A stretch of DNA of 64,000 nt from Candidatus Oxydemutatoraceae bacterium (GCA_965219575.1 OZ244779.1:1292769-1356768); one strand, 5' to 3'. Shown: positions 36,301 through 43,028, numbered from the stretch's first letter. Numbers and translations are program-made. Notes: a model not told the origin generated them from the letters alone.

Positions 36301-39036
36301 GATGCTTCGGAGAGTTTCGGACAGAACAATTCGCAGTTGGATTATCGGTGGAGTCAGGTATCGGGGAAGCCGTTGCTGTCGGAGATACAAACTACATCTA
36401 CTATAAAGTTTACGGTGCCCACCGATTTTGCCGCCGGAGACGAGAATGATAGCACGGTGGTCCTAAAACTGGAACTGAACGAAAGCAACGATCTATCAAC
36501 TACCGTAAGTAGAGAGGTACCGTTGCTGGTGAGAAAAATCAATAATGGAGATTCCGAGAGTGGTGTGAAATGGGTAAGTAGCGACACGCTTTCCGCAGAG
36601 GATTTGTCGGACGATATAGACGGAGGGCATGCGACCGATGTCGACTATCTGTGGTCGTTGGAACAAAACGGTAGATTTGTCGCAATACCCGGTGCGAATC
36701 TAAAAAGCTATACACCTCGCGTAGATGCTCGCAATGCGCAATACAGACTCTCCATAAGTTATACCGATGCACAAGGTTACCAAACGAATATCCACTACGA
36801 TGCACCGCGATTTACAACGATTGCAGACTTTGTGGATAAAGACAGCGACGGTTTGATAGAGATTGAGACACTCGAGACTCTCGATGCGATTCGTTATCAA
36901 CCGGACGGCAGCGGTTATCGTGCAAACACTACGGCGAGTAAGATTACTACAGGTTGTCCCGATAGCCGATGTAAAGGCTATGAATTAGTCAAGGATTTAA
37001 ATTTTCTGGACGACGCCGGCTATAGTTCAACGGTTAATAAAGTGGCTTGGACGACCGGCGCAGGTTGGCAACCGATAGGTATTGTTGCCAACAATCGCTG
37101 TAGTGATTCGGGTAGCGACTGTTTTGCCGGTATTTTGGAAGGCAACGGATATAGCATTTCCAATTTATCGATCAATAGAAAGCGTAGCGATAATGTGGGT
37201 TTATTTTCCGGAAATATCGGTAGCATTCGCAATCTCGGTTTATCGGAAATAGAAGTGAGAGGCAATTCGAGGGTCGGTGGCCTCGTCGGTCAAAATGAGG
37301 GTGAACTAATGAATGTTTATATAGTCGAAGGCAGGGTTGAAGGGCAAAATAATGTCATCGGTCTGTTAACCGGCATCAGCGCGTCGGGTTCGTCGATTAT
37401 CAATAGTTATGTCAGTGGCACTGTCGTAGGTTCTCGTTTTGTCGGTGGCATCTGTGGCATAAACTACGGTGGCATTGTCGGTAGCTATGCGGTTGCCGAT
37501 GTTTCGGCACAGCGGGATGCGGGCGGTCTGGTCGGCGAGAATCAAGGCACTATCAGCAACAGCTATACATCAGGCTCGGTTAGTATCAATGAGAAAGAAC
37601 GAGCTGTCGGAGGTCTAGTCGGTGTATTATGGTCGGGCGGTCGTATTGATAACAGTTACTCGACTGCCGAGGTAAAAACAGACTTTGTTGCAACAGCCAA
37701 TAGCGATGCGCAGTATGTAGGTGGTTTAATCGGCAACCGAGAATCACCCAGCCTACAAGTCAATAATAGTTATTGGGATACCGATGCGAGTGGGCGGACG
37801 AACTCTCCGGGAGGCGGTATCGCCAAGACCAAGGCTGAATTGCAAATGCCGACTGTAGCGGGAGCAAGGGTCAATGCTGTTTATTACAACTGGGATGCCG
37901 ACAGATGGGATTTCGGCACTTCCGAGGCGTATCCGGCACTCAAATACTACGATAATACGTGTGCCACTGCCACACCGTCGCCGGATTGCGGTAGATTATT
38001 GCTCCATCAACGTATCGGCTTGAGAGATATAAAGCTGGAGCAGAATGTGGAGGGAGAACGGCTGTATCTTTCTCCCGATTTTGATTCTACGGTTACAGCT
38101 TATACGGTATCGGTGCATGCCGATGCGAGCGAATTGAGAATTATCCCGCTAGCGGCTAATCCCGATGCGGATATCGTAGCCGACGGCAAGGTCTTATCGG
38201 CAAACCACAGCGGCTATACCATTGCGATAGATACTTCCGAGCCTACATCGACGGTTATGCGAGTTGCGGCGAGCAATTCGATGGGAACGGAGGATCCCAT
38301 TGCATATAGATTGACGGTAAACAATCGTTTGCCCGAGATAGATATTAACGCGCCCGCTTCGATAAGCGAAGGCGAAACCCTTAGATTAAATGCCTCTATA
38401 GCAGATGCCGACGGAGACGAGTTGCGTTACCGTCTGAGTGCAATGACCGACTTATTGCCGGGTTTAGAGGAGACCACCGGCACTGCGGTAGGTCGTGCCG
38501 ATTTGGTGTATGCGCTTAGTATACCGAGTGATCTGCTCGGTGCCAGGCAAAGCACCGATGATATGGAAATCGTGTTGACGGTTGAGGATAGGCATAGCGT
38601 TATCGGTGAAACGGTGTCGATAACGATAATCAAAGAAAATAACGGTGCTATATCGGTTCCTTTGCCTACGCTGAATGGTTTCACATACACCGTCGGAGAT
38701 ATAGATTTGTCGTCGGATGTGGACGGAGTAAATCCTGCTCCCGAGATAGCCTACCGATGGCAAGAAGAATTGCTGGGTAGCTGGTCGGATATTGATGGTA
38801 CTACCGATCAAAGTTATACCGTGAGAGGTATTATAGGTGACCGTTACCGCGTATTGGTCGATTATACCGATAAGCAAGGCTATAGACATCGGCGCGTTGC
38901 ATCTCCGGCGGTGTCGGCACCGCAGCAATTTATTTATGATGTCGTGAGATCTAGAGGTGCCGTGAGAACTTCGTCAAGTCTGCCACCAAGTATTTTTATA
39001 CACCTCAGAATATTTCCCGAGGGTTTGTTAAAGTAA
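21394..39036 (+). CDS. Giant (~5880 aa) modular surface protein/adhesin with Sec signal peptide, 10 GLUG-like beta-helix modules and cadherin-like/PKD-like linkers
   Basis: ORF 21373-39036; GGAG SD favours ATG 21394 (MGGSARFLLLLITVLWVSVSA/QD); ten modules opening with (DxDxDG)LIxI..LE.L.AIR; no autotransporter barrel or RTX repeats visible. Confidence 0.88.
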   Translation: MGGSARFLLLLITVLWVSVSAQDVFECNYATDVDQDEDGLIELCDLDALDAVRYQLDGSGYRESFDAVKITAGCPRSGCNGYELRRDLDFNSDDSYRDLANKAAWTSGSGWLPIGDRLDFFTARFEGNGHTIANLYINRLSDYVGLFRATAKPAKISDLVLSQINITGNSYIGGLAGHNAGSVAYVGVEGGRLIATGNTVGGLFGANAGTILNGDVILEHLESRGHSLGGLVGYNEGHIRHSVADTGLFGVSQVGGLVGLNARGVLTDSRSDGTANGSDYIGGLVGLNRARISASYAIGKVISDGSYSGGLVGANDRGGRIADSRASGAVSGNLYAGGLVGWNKDSEITNSFAVNRVDGNSDVGGLVGWNEDSRISNTYATGSITGVDRVGGLVGSNKGIVSDSFANGQVVASGMHAGGLIGWNYAYQTRDAVAVRVTHSYWNSKTVGISLSAGGSPRTTEQLKSSTAPGLLGETFERWDVADWDFGTGEQYPILRYSEGFNEGHLLPGQHIVLSGLLVLDGLTLSPAFDPQTFNYRVHLSDDSLRQIRFSLTIANSTQTISVLKDERVGLPSVHNGETVTVNLNGVPEPTLVTIARHYRVWIVHHTRLRAVIGSNRSDYRLSEGQDIRFDVSTSEPDLRRLRYRWSQVSPPQPDLLKDSDTGLAELNINIPDDFVARGADETSAVLQVEVRAGRTTVVRNTTMTVVKKNNGSISVLAAPIYRQGTLTTADIGEADLSMESDGGVHPNSFSYQWQYKLPFDSGLWRDIEDAIQMRYEIPTVLSAINNIGYRVSLDYRDNQGYRHRIVSEPISVMKSLVDDGFTNIYHLEDLNAIRNRLNGKYKLMRDLDFNSDASYRDPINKAKWTVADYENDADTGWLPIGKSVNAYCKNSGSSCFTGTFEGNGYTIFNLQINRDTADYQGLFGAVGPAATIRNIGLPNVKIEGNQYIGGLVGVSEGTIVAGYAIGEFRSLANKPLQGYVGGLVGDNIGLIINSHAHGSVSGERHFVGALAGRNDFNARIINSYAGGDVRGGFRSDSIGGLTGANRGSITNSYAYGEVSGNGNVAGLVGANQILKAAIRNSYAVVKVRRSREGLVTFNNGVIRESYWNPEISGLQDRTGNGRTTRQMQLPTAAIGIYEAWDDADWDFGNSAQYPILKYASGPRGDACGVSGLPQCGALISPRLRYGLHSLTTADGVALAPEFDIAAQNQSGIYIGTLNSTDNTIRLIPTAIEPTARIGFYIGDDKTVYDRIRSGETSRAISLKADFITRIRIEVQGTVTVGYTLYIDYQSIADDRVISINYLEDLNAIRDRPTGSYKLTRDLDFEDSGSYLDPLNRSFWTVDDYNDAGDVGWVPIGNEAKPFGGRFDGNGYTISGLQINRNDADNQSLFGVSAAAALISNIGLLNVKIEGGAKVAGLVGTNRGQVGYSYVGGSIEAKSIEGVAGGLVADNDGGDVIGSYALSQVSGASSVGGLIGDNNGKVINSHADSIVMPGSGGARFGGLVGRNRSLIANSYASGKILREGSSSIKGGLVGENISKARIINGYAAVGVAGAIAGGLVGYNLGAIKNSYAIGELIDGSNTRGSLVGINDGGTIAASYWNSDTIAVGNNYGVGQTMAQLQSATPTMPSSIYKDWDSGDWDFGTPEHYPILKYTTATESIFECGLSGMPQCGDLISPGLRYGLRSLTSANDATLSPPIDIERLNQSGIYLGTVIAEHPSVRLTPVAMESTAGINVIGDKHETLDSHDTSLPISLKNDEVKKVIIEVKGTRKVGYTLYLSYASHRVIDEDGDGLVDIDYLEDLDAIRYQLDGSGYRANVGSAKISSGCPSEGCRGYELLRDLDFNDADSYRNAAANMRRWTGVGAWQPIAGTFTGIFKGNNKTIANLSVRSNGGLFTKLGSDSRVAYIDGIGLSAVDIKGDAVAGIATSCRWCTISNSYVIGDIQGTVAAAGLVGIIGATSSGRARINNSYFVGNIAVDGRSAVAGGLVGDVDSDLIITDSYVVGRITAEHDGGFIGGLVGVRSSSVLEIGNSYASVLATRAGMPQGLFGGNRDPQDRFAPVSHAIYEDEDIAATDVTLGESKRTAELQSPTSATGIYISWDSDSWDFGTAKHYPAIKYNLQAHATDGDAHCDTADIQKRPDACRTLLRHQGSLLRDLELSEGAGLSSPFTFTSFDYGISVNADRSTIRMLPTAFNGVATVEVFKDGDPIGASDSGEWTVPIPLNDIGDTVVGLVVKEGKRHSYRYQFIVNRIDTVVQNIDEDGDGLIEINDATHLNAVRHRLDGSAYQERETADAVYCIGGCTGYELTADIDLAGISWWPIGNLSEPFTGVFNGNGHKISNLTIKANNINNIGLFGAIGDNGRVENIALVNVDIAGRNTIGSIAGYNFGTIINSYAEGKLSAMSEYGGGLVGRNRRGTIVNSYANVDVRVHSDHAGGLVGWNEIGSSIVNSYAVGDVQASNGGAGGLVGNNHSRIHTSYAIGDVRASNGSAGGLVAAYIAEHKITDSYHREGGVSSATVSFTETTKTATALKIGMPSNDIYSGWNRGDWHFGNAEQYPALLYAPGDGENKACRQPSSEQLSDCDGRLFANLSEHDKTVICRSLMSRLPQETPYCGALLPEQRAGLVQMEFSKNAYLIPAFNPEVYDYNLIVNQGNEIRTTPTAYYGTDTITVDADGLSSPSGSGQSSSFTLNDGLDSIVITVRAANHNVATRYTIRVLNDIAIVGGLISIDYLEDLDLMRYSLAQVSATLDGCPIDTEDNMRRCRGYRLNRDLDFKDPMSYRAGRINSMWTTGAGWQPIGNRSNPFGYSFNGNAHTISNLRIHGISADDIGLFGVSADGARIENIGLVAADINVNGQSNIGTLVGENRGEIVNSYVIGGAVRGGSRVGGLTGRNSGEIVNSYTDIAVTGINFVGGLAGSSRSGSRIYNSYTNGTVSGNEFVGGLVGSSQASILNSYANAAVIGSRSVGGLVGRAGNRIINSYAIGKISGRSGGLIGSALSNFFFIQSYWDVATSTVGDDNNNLNGVGKTTSELQTAAIGDGIYRNWDSENWYSEAGQYPALRYTGAIDIITRSACRVSENIHAETPICGTLLPAQRRTGLSNLALSSDVGRILLLKPDFHFGIYDYNLILKSDARQFSIIPHTFNPNAVIVINDDKELRSGQITTLTIDNSDNFLLTLTVRDTLIFATTRTTSYRLRVSKHPLITVNDIDDDDDGLIEIRNIDDLNVMRYQLDGSGYRASEDNIKIIEGCPNDICSGYELTRDLDFRNAASYYSGVVNTEWAESWQSIGDRDNPFAGVFNGNDHTISNLRIDKTDTDHVGLFAALSDGAQVGNVNLADVDIAGRFGVGSLAAYNAGVIDNSSADGTVAGEHDVGGLVAYNVGRVSNSYAYGVVSGRSSVGGLVARNESTGVIASSYSLNRVSGNDSIGGLVGLNLGSIANTYASGGVEGNTRIGGLVGDNGGSVGNSYATAAIICTGVPACASYTVATGGLIGNNADGGNAVNSYWDTGVSNMRISAGGVGKTTLQLRSGNSQSSDSSSAYYQWNSSDWHFGNADQYPILKYTTGTESMLVGLQSYGLASLTIAEIVTLSPNFDATQLHYRVGVELDTDISRLHLTPNALNEGATIRIVSDNGFDETVESGSDSSAIVLRSTDTTVISIEVSGARRVRYRFEVDYFSSGLDDIDTDKDGLIEILTLEDLDAIRNVLDGRYLRYQNADGVLIESAGGCPISGCKGYELLRDLDFNNPAHYRAGRVNTAWTGGAGWQPIGTSLHPFTATFKGNGYTISNLRVNRPDRDGGLFGVIDGSESDVVIEDLGLSDVDIVGGAYVGGLVGTNRAGDIRKSYVTGYVVARGDGTSAIVGGLVGRNVAGSITESYAETQVRGSLSVGLSVALAGGLVALNDGRGRIENSYAVGSVIGSGYVGGLVALNRNSSEIVDSYAVNKAIAIGAMSKVGGLVAVNGSEVDDSYWDIEVGGIAASAAGTSATTAILRSSTPTSPINSIYKDWDTDVWEFADANRYPELKAIADVPLLAPEGKSLLQSLTLSNNVWLFPSFHPLIFDYDLIAEADRMTEVRIDTTSTRVGTTIDIACRNGLICSPGIPTSFVLDGSDTGKITITTHNLDAGELSYNFSIRYHELKIERVTATTTTSVPLSLSIAEGERVRLIASYDFGLSADSYRYQWRQSSGDILKFNDKQSPVDTQNAMLDFTIPDDVVSKQDDSRIVQLIAEVNVNDDIYLSKAVALIISKRNNDTADRIRLLKNRDKPYTYTVRIEREDGGEFVDRDGGFSETYIHWQRRRNSAEDWVDVGSGSPYTIPDEGDYQYRALAIYEDNQGYRKQFESRVINYLDIDDDGDGLIEIRYLEELNAIRYQPNGSGYKAKAKAKKITAGCPLVNGKEKCRGYELVADLDFNKNESYRTSNRAIRTALKNSWMVSDFTDASDSGWQPIGGFNAVFNGNGYTISNMQINRSVGNTNNIGLFSQIGAVGRVKNLGLIDPVIKGLVGVKNVGGIAGRIERGGVVMNSYVAGDVGAGNTDKIITGDVGFGKGRGFLGGLVGWNKGFILNSYAKINLISEDSGTPANKRVGVGGLVGRNIDGGKVYNSYATGEVRGPCIVGGLVGNQFSTNSDRLATRSEIKNSYATGKVETGFGTCSNSDDRIAGGLVGFNNNSRIENSYALGEISGDGTRAGLVAGRFPVGGTSIANPVNSYWNFSTNCTDGLIFDSDNNRIPVVFCYKSSVPTPVPPNARLSFGLQSATMPDFDYAACIEDSGVTRQCRTYVNWSTVNWDFGTVQQYPALKYGVGLDTDNPGCDTDPETALPSCNALLSGQIADALLLNSLSLSADSKSVQLIPSFMPSRLNYEAIIIAETLPVVIKIATKIGGGSEITFREDGDTPLLKQSDSTAQVSANRSFNLGIETTRESYRKASYQIRIYLRHLPRPNVLTVVNGSRPTELITGDIFVLDEGDIVRFDASESFGQNNSQLDYRWSQVSGKPLLSEIQTTSTIKFTVPTDFAAGDENDSTVVLKLELNESNDLSTTVSREVPLLVRKINNGDSESGVKWVSSDTLSAEDLSDDIDGGHATDVDYLWSLEQNGRFVAIPGANLKSYTPRVDARNAQYRLSISYTDAQGYQTNIHYDAPRFTTIADFVDKDSDGLIEIETLETLDAIRYQPDGSGYRANTTASKITTGCPDSRCKGYELVKDLNFLDDAGYSSTVNKVAWTTGAGWQPIGIVANNRCSDSGSDCFAGILEGNGYSISNLSINRKRSDNVGLFSGNIGSIRNLGLSEIEVRGNSRVGGLVGQNEGELMNVYIVEGRVEGQNNVIGLLTGISASGSSIINSYVSGTVVGSRFVGGICGINYGGIVGSYAVADVSAQRDAGGLVGENQGTISNSYTSGSVSINEKERAVGGLVGVLWSGGRIDNSYSTAEVKTDFVATANSDAQYVGGLIGNRESPSLQVNNSYWDTDASGRTNSPGGGIAKTKAELQMPTVAGARVNAVYYNWDADRWDFGTSEAYPALKYYDNTCATATPSPDCGRLLLHQRIGLRDIKLEQNVEGERLYLSPDFDSTVTAYTVSVHADASELRIIPLAANPDADIVADGKVLSANHSGYTIAIDTSEPTSTVMRVAASNSMGTEDPIAYRLTVNNRLPEIDINAPASISEGETLRLNASIADADGDELRYRLSAMTDLLPGLEETTGTAVGRADLVYALSIPSDLLGARQSTDDMEIVLTVEDRHSVIGETVSITIIKENNGAISVPLPTLNGFTYTVGDIDLSSDVDGVNPAPEIAYRWQEELLGSWSDIDGTTDQSYTVRGIIGDRYRVLVDYTDKQGYRHRRVASPAVSAPQQFIYDVVRSRGAVRTSSSLPPSIFIHLRIFPEGLLK

Positions 39037-39241
39037 TCCGTTCCTTTCTATAGGAGAGGAAGACCAATCCTATATTTATTAGCTTATATCGTAATCTTAC
39101 AAACATCCCGTTATACCGTTCGTCGGATATTAGCTACCGTTCAACCCGGAACCGGTTGCATGCCTATTTCTATAGGATAAGGTTGTAATGCTTGTTGTTT
39201 AGCAAGTATTTACATATAATTATTGATAGGAGTTTTTCATT

Positions 39242-39874
39242 ATGTATAGACCAATTTTATTTAAAACTTTTGCCAAAATTCCTAATACCACCGATGAAGA
39301 GGTCGGTATGGTGATAGATAGTATTACCTACATAAACGAACTTTCTTTTAGAGATGCTGTTAGGGATATGGCAACCAAAGCCGATATTAAAGATATGGTA
39401 GTCAAAGCCGATATTAAAGATATGGTGGTCAAAGCCGATATTAAAGATATGGTAGTCAAAGCCGATATTAAAGATATGGTAGTCAAAGCCGATATTAAAG
39501 ATATGGTAGTCAAAGCCGATATTAAAGATATGGTGGTCAAGGATGATATTAAAGATATGGTGGTCAAGGATGATATTAAAGATATGGTGGTCAAGGATGA
39601 TATTAAAGATATGGTGGTCAAGGATGATATTAAAGATATGGTGGTCAAGGATGATATTAAAGATATGGCAACCAAGGACGATATTAAAGACCTAGAGTCC
39701 AGAATGGCAACCAAGGCCGACATCAAATATCTAGAATCTATAATGGCAACTAAGGAGGACATTAGAAAATCGGAGAATAAAATGCTTTTTAGAATAGTAG
39801 GATTGCTTGCGGCAACAGTGCTTGTGAATCTTTCTCTAACCGGCATGATGTTACGATTTTTTTTGTCTAGCTAA
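39242..39874 (+). CDS. DUF1640/CCDC90-like coiled-coil protein with nonad beta-layer repeats and a C-terminal membrane anchor
   Basis: AGGAG SD; MATKADIKD/MVVKxDIKD repeats; hydrophobic C-terminus IVGLLAATVLVNLSLTGMMLRFFL. Confidence 0.75.
   Translation: MYRPILFKTFAKIPNTTDEEVGMVIDSITYINELSFRDAVRDMATKADIKDMVVKADIKDMVVKADIKDMVVKADIKDMVVKADIKDMVVKADIKDMVVKDDIKDMVVKDDIKDMVVKDDIKDMVVKDDIKDMVVKDDIKDMATKDDIKDLESRMATKADIKYLESIMATKEDIRKSENKMLFRIVGLLAATVLVNLSLTGMMLRFFLSS
39368..39691 (+). repeat. 27-bp coding tandem repeat, 12 copies
   Basis: ATGG(T/C)xxxCAA(AGCC/GGAT)GATATTAAAGA(T/C): 1 MATKADIKD, 5 MVVKADIKD, 5 MVVKDDIKD, 1 MATKDDIKD. Confidence 0.95.
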
Positions 39875-39897
39875 AATTACATGTGGATTGAATAAAA

Positions 39898-40728
39898 GTG
39901 AGTTTTATTAATTCTTTACCTCCTACCGTTTGGACTTTCATAGTAATTTCTTTATTAGGGGTTATAGCGACCTTTATATATAAGATATTGATTATTGATT
40001 GGAAAATGAGAGACCTTGAACCCATCAGAAAAAATGCAGATGAAATTTCTAAAATGCCGGAGGAAATAAGGAATGTCGGAAATAGGGTAGCCACCCTTGA
40101 GAAGACGACGGAGATCGTTGTATATAAGGTAGACACCCTCGAGAAGACGACAGCCAATCTTGAGAAGACGACAGCTACCCTCGAGAAAACAACAGAGCGC
40201 GTCGTAAATAAGGTAGCTACCCTCGAGAAAACGACAGAGCGCGTCGTAAATAAGGTAGCTACCCTCGAGAAAACGACAGAGCATGTCGTAAACAAGGTAG
40301 CCGTTCTTGAGAATACAACGGAAAGTATTTCTAGACAAATGGCAGGAGTTGGTGGTCGGCAATATACGGAAGCCAATAGTCCGATGTCGCTAAACGATAG
40401 AGGCAGAGAACTATCTAAAGAGATGGGGGCAGCAGAGATTGCGAGTAAATATAGAGCAAAACTCGTTGATAAAGCCAGAGATGAAGATGGAGGTCCGTAT
40501 CAAATACAAGAAAGTTGCTTTGATTGTGCAGCAAAGGAAATTCTCAAGGACTTAGAAGAAAAAGACAAAAAGACTTTTAGGCACTTAACCGATATAGCTT
40601 ATAAAGAAGGTGTACAAATAGAAATACTTATGCGAATTGTAGGATTGGTTCTAAGAGACCAAGTATTACAGGCTATTGATCACGAAGATAGATTTGATAT
40701 TGAAAAAGAAGTAACAAAAAACAGCTGA
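39898..40728 (+). CDS. Hypothetical membrane-anchored coiled-coil protein with 7/14-aa repeats
   Basis: N-terminal TM (WTFIVISLLGVIATFIYKILII); repeats VATLEKTTERVVNK (42 bp) and LEKTTAx (21 bp) at about 40087-40320. Confidence 0.7.
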   Translation: MSFINSLPPTVWTFIVISLLGVIATFIYKILIIDWKMRDLEPIRKNADEISKMPEEIRNVGNRVATLEKTTEIVVYKVDTLEKTTANLEKTTATLEKTTERVVNKVATLEKTTERVVNKVATLEKTTEHVVNKVAVLENTTESISRQMAGVGGRQYTEANSPMSLNDRGRELSKEMGAAEIASKYRAKLVDKARDEDGGPYQIQESCFDCAAKEILKDLEEKDKKTFRHLTDIAYKEGVQIEILMRIVGLVLRDQVLQAIDHEDRFDIEKEVTKNS

Positions 40729-40753
40729 CAGTCCCCGTATGAAAATAAAAGTA

Positions 40754-40967
40754 GGGCTGTTGAAAAAGTATCGTCGGCGTGCAACCGTAACCGCTTGCGC
40801 CGTGAATTTATAATAATCACCAAGCCGTAGGGGCAGTATAAAGCCGCCGATTGAGCCGGTAGGTCAATCGGCAATTTAATTTTAGTCCGCCCCTACAGGT
40901 GGTTTGCAAATATTCACGGCGCACAGCGATTGGGTTTGAGCGATACCCTCACTTTTTCAACAGCCCC
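40754..40967. mobile_element. MITE copy forming one long nested imperfect palindrome
   Basis: TIR pair; inner pair GCGCCGTGAAT / ATTCACGGCGC; inner pair GTAGGGGC / GCCCCTAC; 27-mer at the centre (40846-40872). Confidence 0.85.
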
Positions 40968-41007
40968 AAGTCATCAATTTGTAATATATTTTTCATATTG
41001 ATGTCAC
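40968..41007 (+). promoter_or_regulatory. Putative Pho box array upstream of the phosphate porin
   Basis: Heptads AAGTCAT, TTGTAAT, TTTTCAT and ATGTCAC at an exact 11-bp period (PhoB consensus CTGTCAT-N4); phoBR is in the window. Confidence 0.7.
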
Positions 41008-41066
41008 AAAAATTACGATAATAACAAAACAATATATAACTTTTTGTTTTTACTAAAGGAGATACC

Positions 41067-42542
41067 ATGAAAAAACTATATCGGATAGTGATTTTTTCGC
41101 TTACTTTGATCTGCTTGCCGTTATCCGTTTCGGCACAAACGATGGAAGAAAAAATCAGAAGCCTAGAAGCAACCGTAGAACAGCTGCAAGAAACTTTGAT
41201 TCAGATGCGTGCCGAAATGGCAAAAGCCAAAGAAGCCGATGCATCCGAAAAAGGTGGCGTTGTTCGTAGCGACGGTGAAAACATCACCTTGTCTACCACT
41301 GGCGGTGGTTTGAAGCTCAAGTCGGACAACGGGAACTCGTTTCAATTCGGCGGTCGCTTGATGTTGGACTACGACAATTACGACTTTGACGGAGATCCTA
41401 TAGGAGAGGGCAGAGACGAAGACGACGGATCCGATACCGAATGGCGTCGTACTCGTATTACTGCCAAAGGCACCGTCAAAAACGATTGGGCTTATGGATT
41501 GACGATCAATATCAGCGACGACGACGAGAGTGCCGACATCAATACCGCCTATATGCGCTATGACGGCTTCAAGCCGCTGAGCATCACGGTCGGTAAATTC
41601 AAGGAGCCTTTCAGTTTGGAAAGACTGGCAAGTTCCAAATGGATCAATACGATTGAACGTGGGATGATAATCGATGTCGTCAACGAAGGGCACGGGCAAC
41701 CCCAAACAGCCGGCGTAATGCTTTCCGGCTATCATGCGGAGATGGGAAACCTGAATTGGGCATTCGGTGTGTTTGACGACGATCAAAAAGATGTCGACGG
41801 CGATTCGAATTATGCATACACCGGTCGTATCGCTGCCGCACCGCAGCTGAACGAGAATAGCTTTTTTCACTTAGGCTTTGCTTATTCCGAGCGCGAAAGA
41901 GACGAGGAACCCTATAGAGTGAGAACACGTTTCGGTGTACATACGAATAACGATCTGCGTACTACTTTGGTCGATCTCCCGAGTGGCGATGACACTTCCC
42001 AATGGGGACTGGAAGCTGCTTTTGTGACCGGGCCATTTTCTCTACAAGCCGAATATGTCGATTTAGAAGTAGACGGTAGTACCCGTTTGAGAACAGACGA
42101 AGATGATGACGGTGATGTCATAGAGAGTATCTTCGACAGTTTCAGTGATTTAGAAGCCGACGGCTATTATATACAAGGTGCCTGGACGCTCACCGGCGAA
42201 CAACGCAGCTATAAAACCAAAGGTGCTTACTTTGATAAAATCAAGCCCAAAGGTCCTATGGGTGCATTGGAATTGGTCGCACGCTACGAAGAAATTGACG
42301 TAGAGTACAACGGTGCTACAAGTAGTATTCAAAGGATGGCAGGTAATGGTGAAATTGATCTATTGGCTATCGGTGCCGGCAGGGCAGATAATGATGCCGA
42401 AAAAATGCTAATCGGGATCAACTGGTACCCAAACAACAATGTCAAGTTCATGCTGAACTATATCGATGCCGAAGCAAACTTGTCCGGCAGAGATGATGTA
42501 GACGGTGATGCCATCTCACTTCGCGCCCAATACGCATTCTGA
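41067..42542 (+). CDS. Phosphate-selective porin, OprO/OprP family
   Basis: Signal peptide, short coiled coil, GGRLMLDY, RRTR, GKFKEPFSLE.L.SS..ER, GYYIQ..WTLTGE.RSY, GALELVARY, GINWY, C-terminal RAQYAF. Confidence 0.9.
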   Translation: MKKLYRIVIFSLTLICLPLSVSAQTMEEKIRSLEATVEQLQETLIQMRAEMAKAKEADASEKGGVVRSDGENITLSTTGGGLKLKSDNGNSFQFGGRLMLDYDNYDFDGDPIGEGRDEDDGSDTEWRRTRITAKGTVKNDWAYGLTINISDDDESADINTAYMRYDGFKPLSITVGKFKEPFSLERLASSKWINTIERGMIIDVVNEGHGQPQTAGVMLSGYHAEMGNLNWAFGVFDDDQKDVDGDSNYAYTGRIAAAPQLNENSFFHLGFAYSERERDEEPYRVRTRFGVHTNNDLRTTLVDLPSGDDTSQWGLEAAFVTGPFSLQAEYVDLEVDGSTRLRTDEDDDGDVIESIFDSFSDLEADGYYIQGAWTLTGEQRSYKTKGAYFDKIKPKGPMGALELVARYEEIDVEYNGATSSIQRMAGNGEIDLLAIGAGRADNDAEKMLIGINWYPNNNVKFMLNYIDAEANLSGRDDVDGDAISLRAQYAF

Positions 42543-43028
42543 CATAGCACAACTCTCGGATATGGATCACTAACATCGGATGCCTCAAAGCACAAAGCCA
42601 AATCTATATCCGAGTTTCTTAACCGAAGATATCTTTCGATCAAAATATCCACTTTGCGGAGCCGATGTTTTTTTATACTTCCGGATAGATGCAAGGCAAG
42701 GTATTTGTCTCTGAATATGAAAATGGTATAGCGCATCACGTTTACTCCCCCCTCTATAAAAGCAAACAAACGCGCTATACCATTATTCAAACTAGCATGC
42801 TTCAATTATAATGTCAAGCGTAATGTTTTATATCGTAACATTTAAGAAAATAAAGGAGATTTATTGTATCTATATCCGGTAAATCAAGCTACTTTAATGA
42901 GGTTTTGATGAAAAATATCTGCTCCGTTCCTCCCTATATTTTTGCCCCGTATGTTATACTCGTGCTAAAAATTTACCCTGAGTATTGTTGCTTGTTCCGA
43001 TGCAAGGAGCGGTGATGTTTTTTGAAAT

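Noticed and set aside
39041-39061. Rho-independent terminator after the giant gene (TTCCTTTC-TATAG-GAGAGGAA)
   Set aside because: Weak hairpin with no U-tract; not supportable.
39328-40376. Long minus-strand ORFs (39328-39846, 39867-40376, 39955-40362)
   Set aside because: Antisense shadows of coding tandem repeats that happen to lack stops; the + strand ORFs have TM segments and, for the first, a clear SD.
42458-42805. 115-aa minus-strand ORF after the porin
   Set aside because: It overlaps the porin 3' end and has no recognisable motif; a GGAG before an internal start is not enough support.
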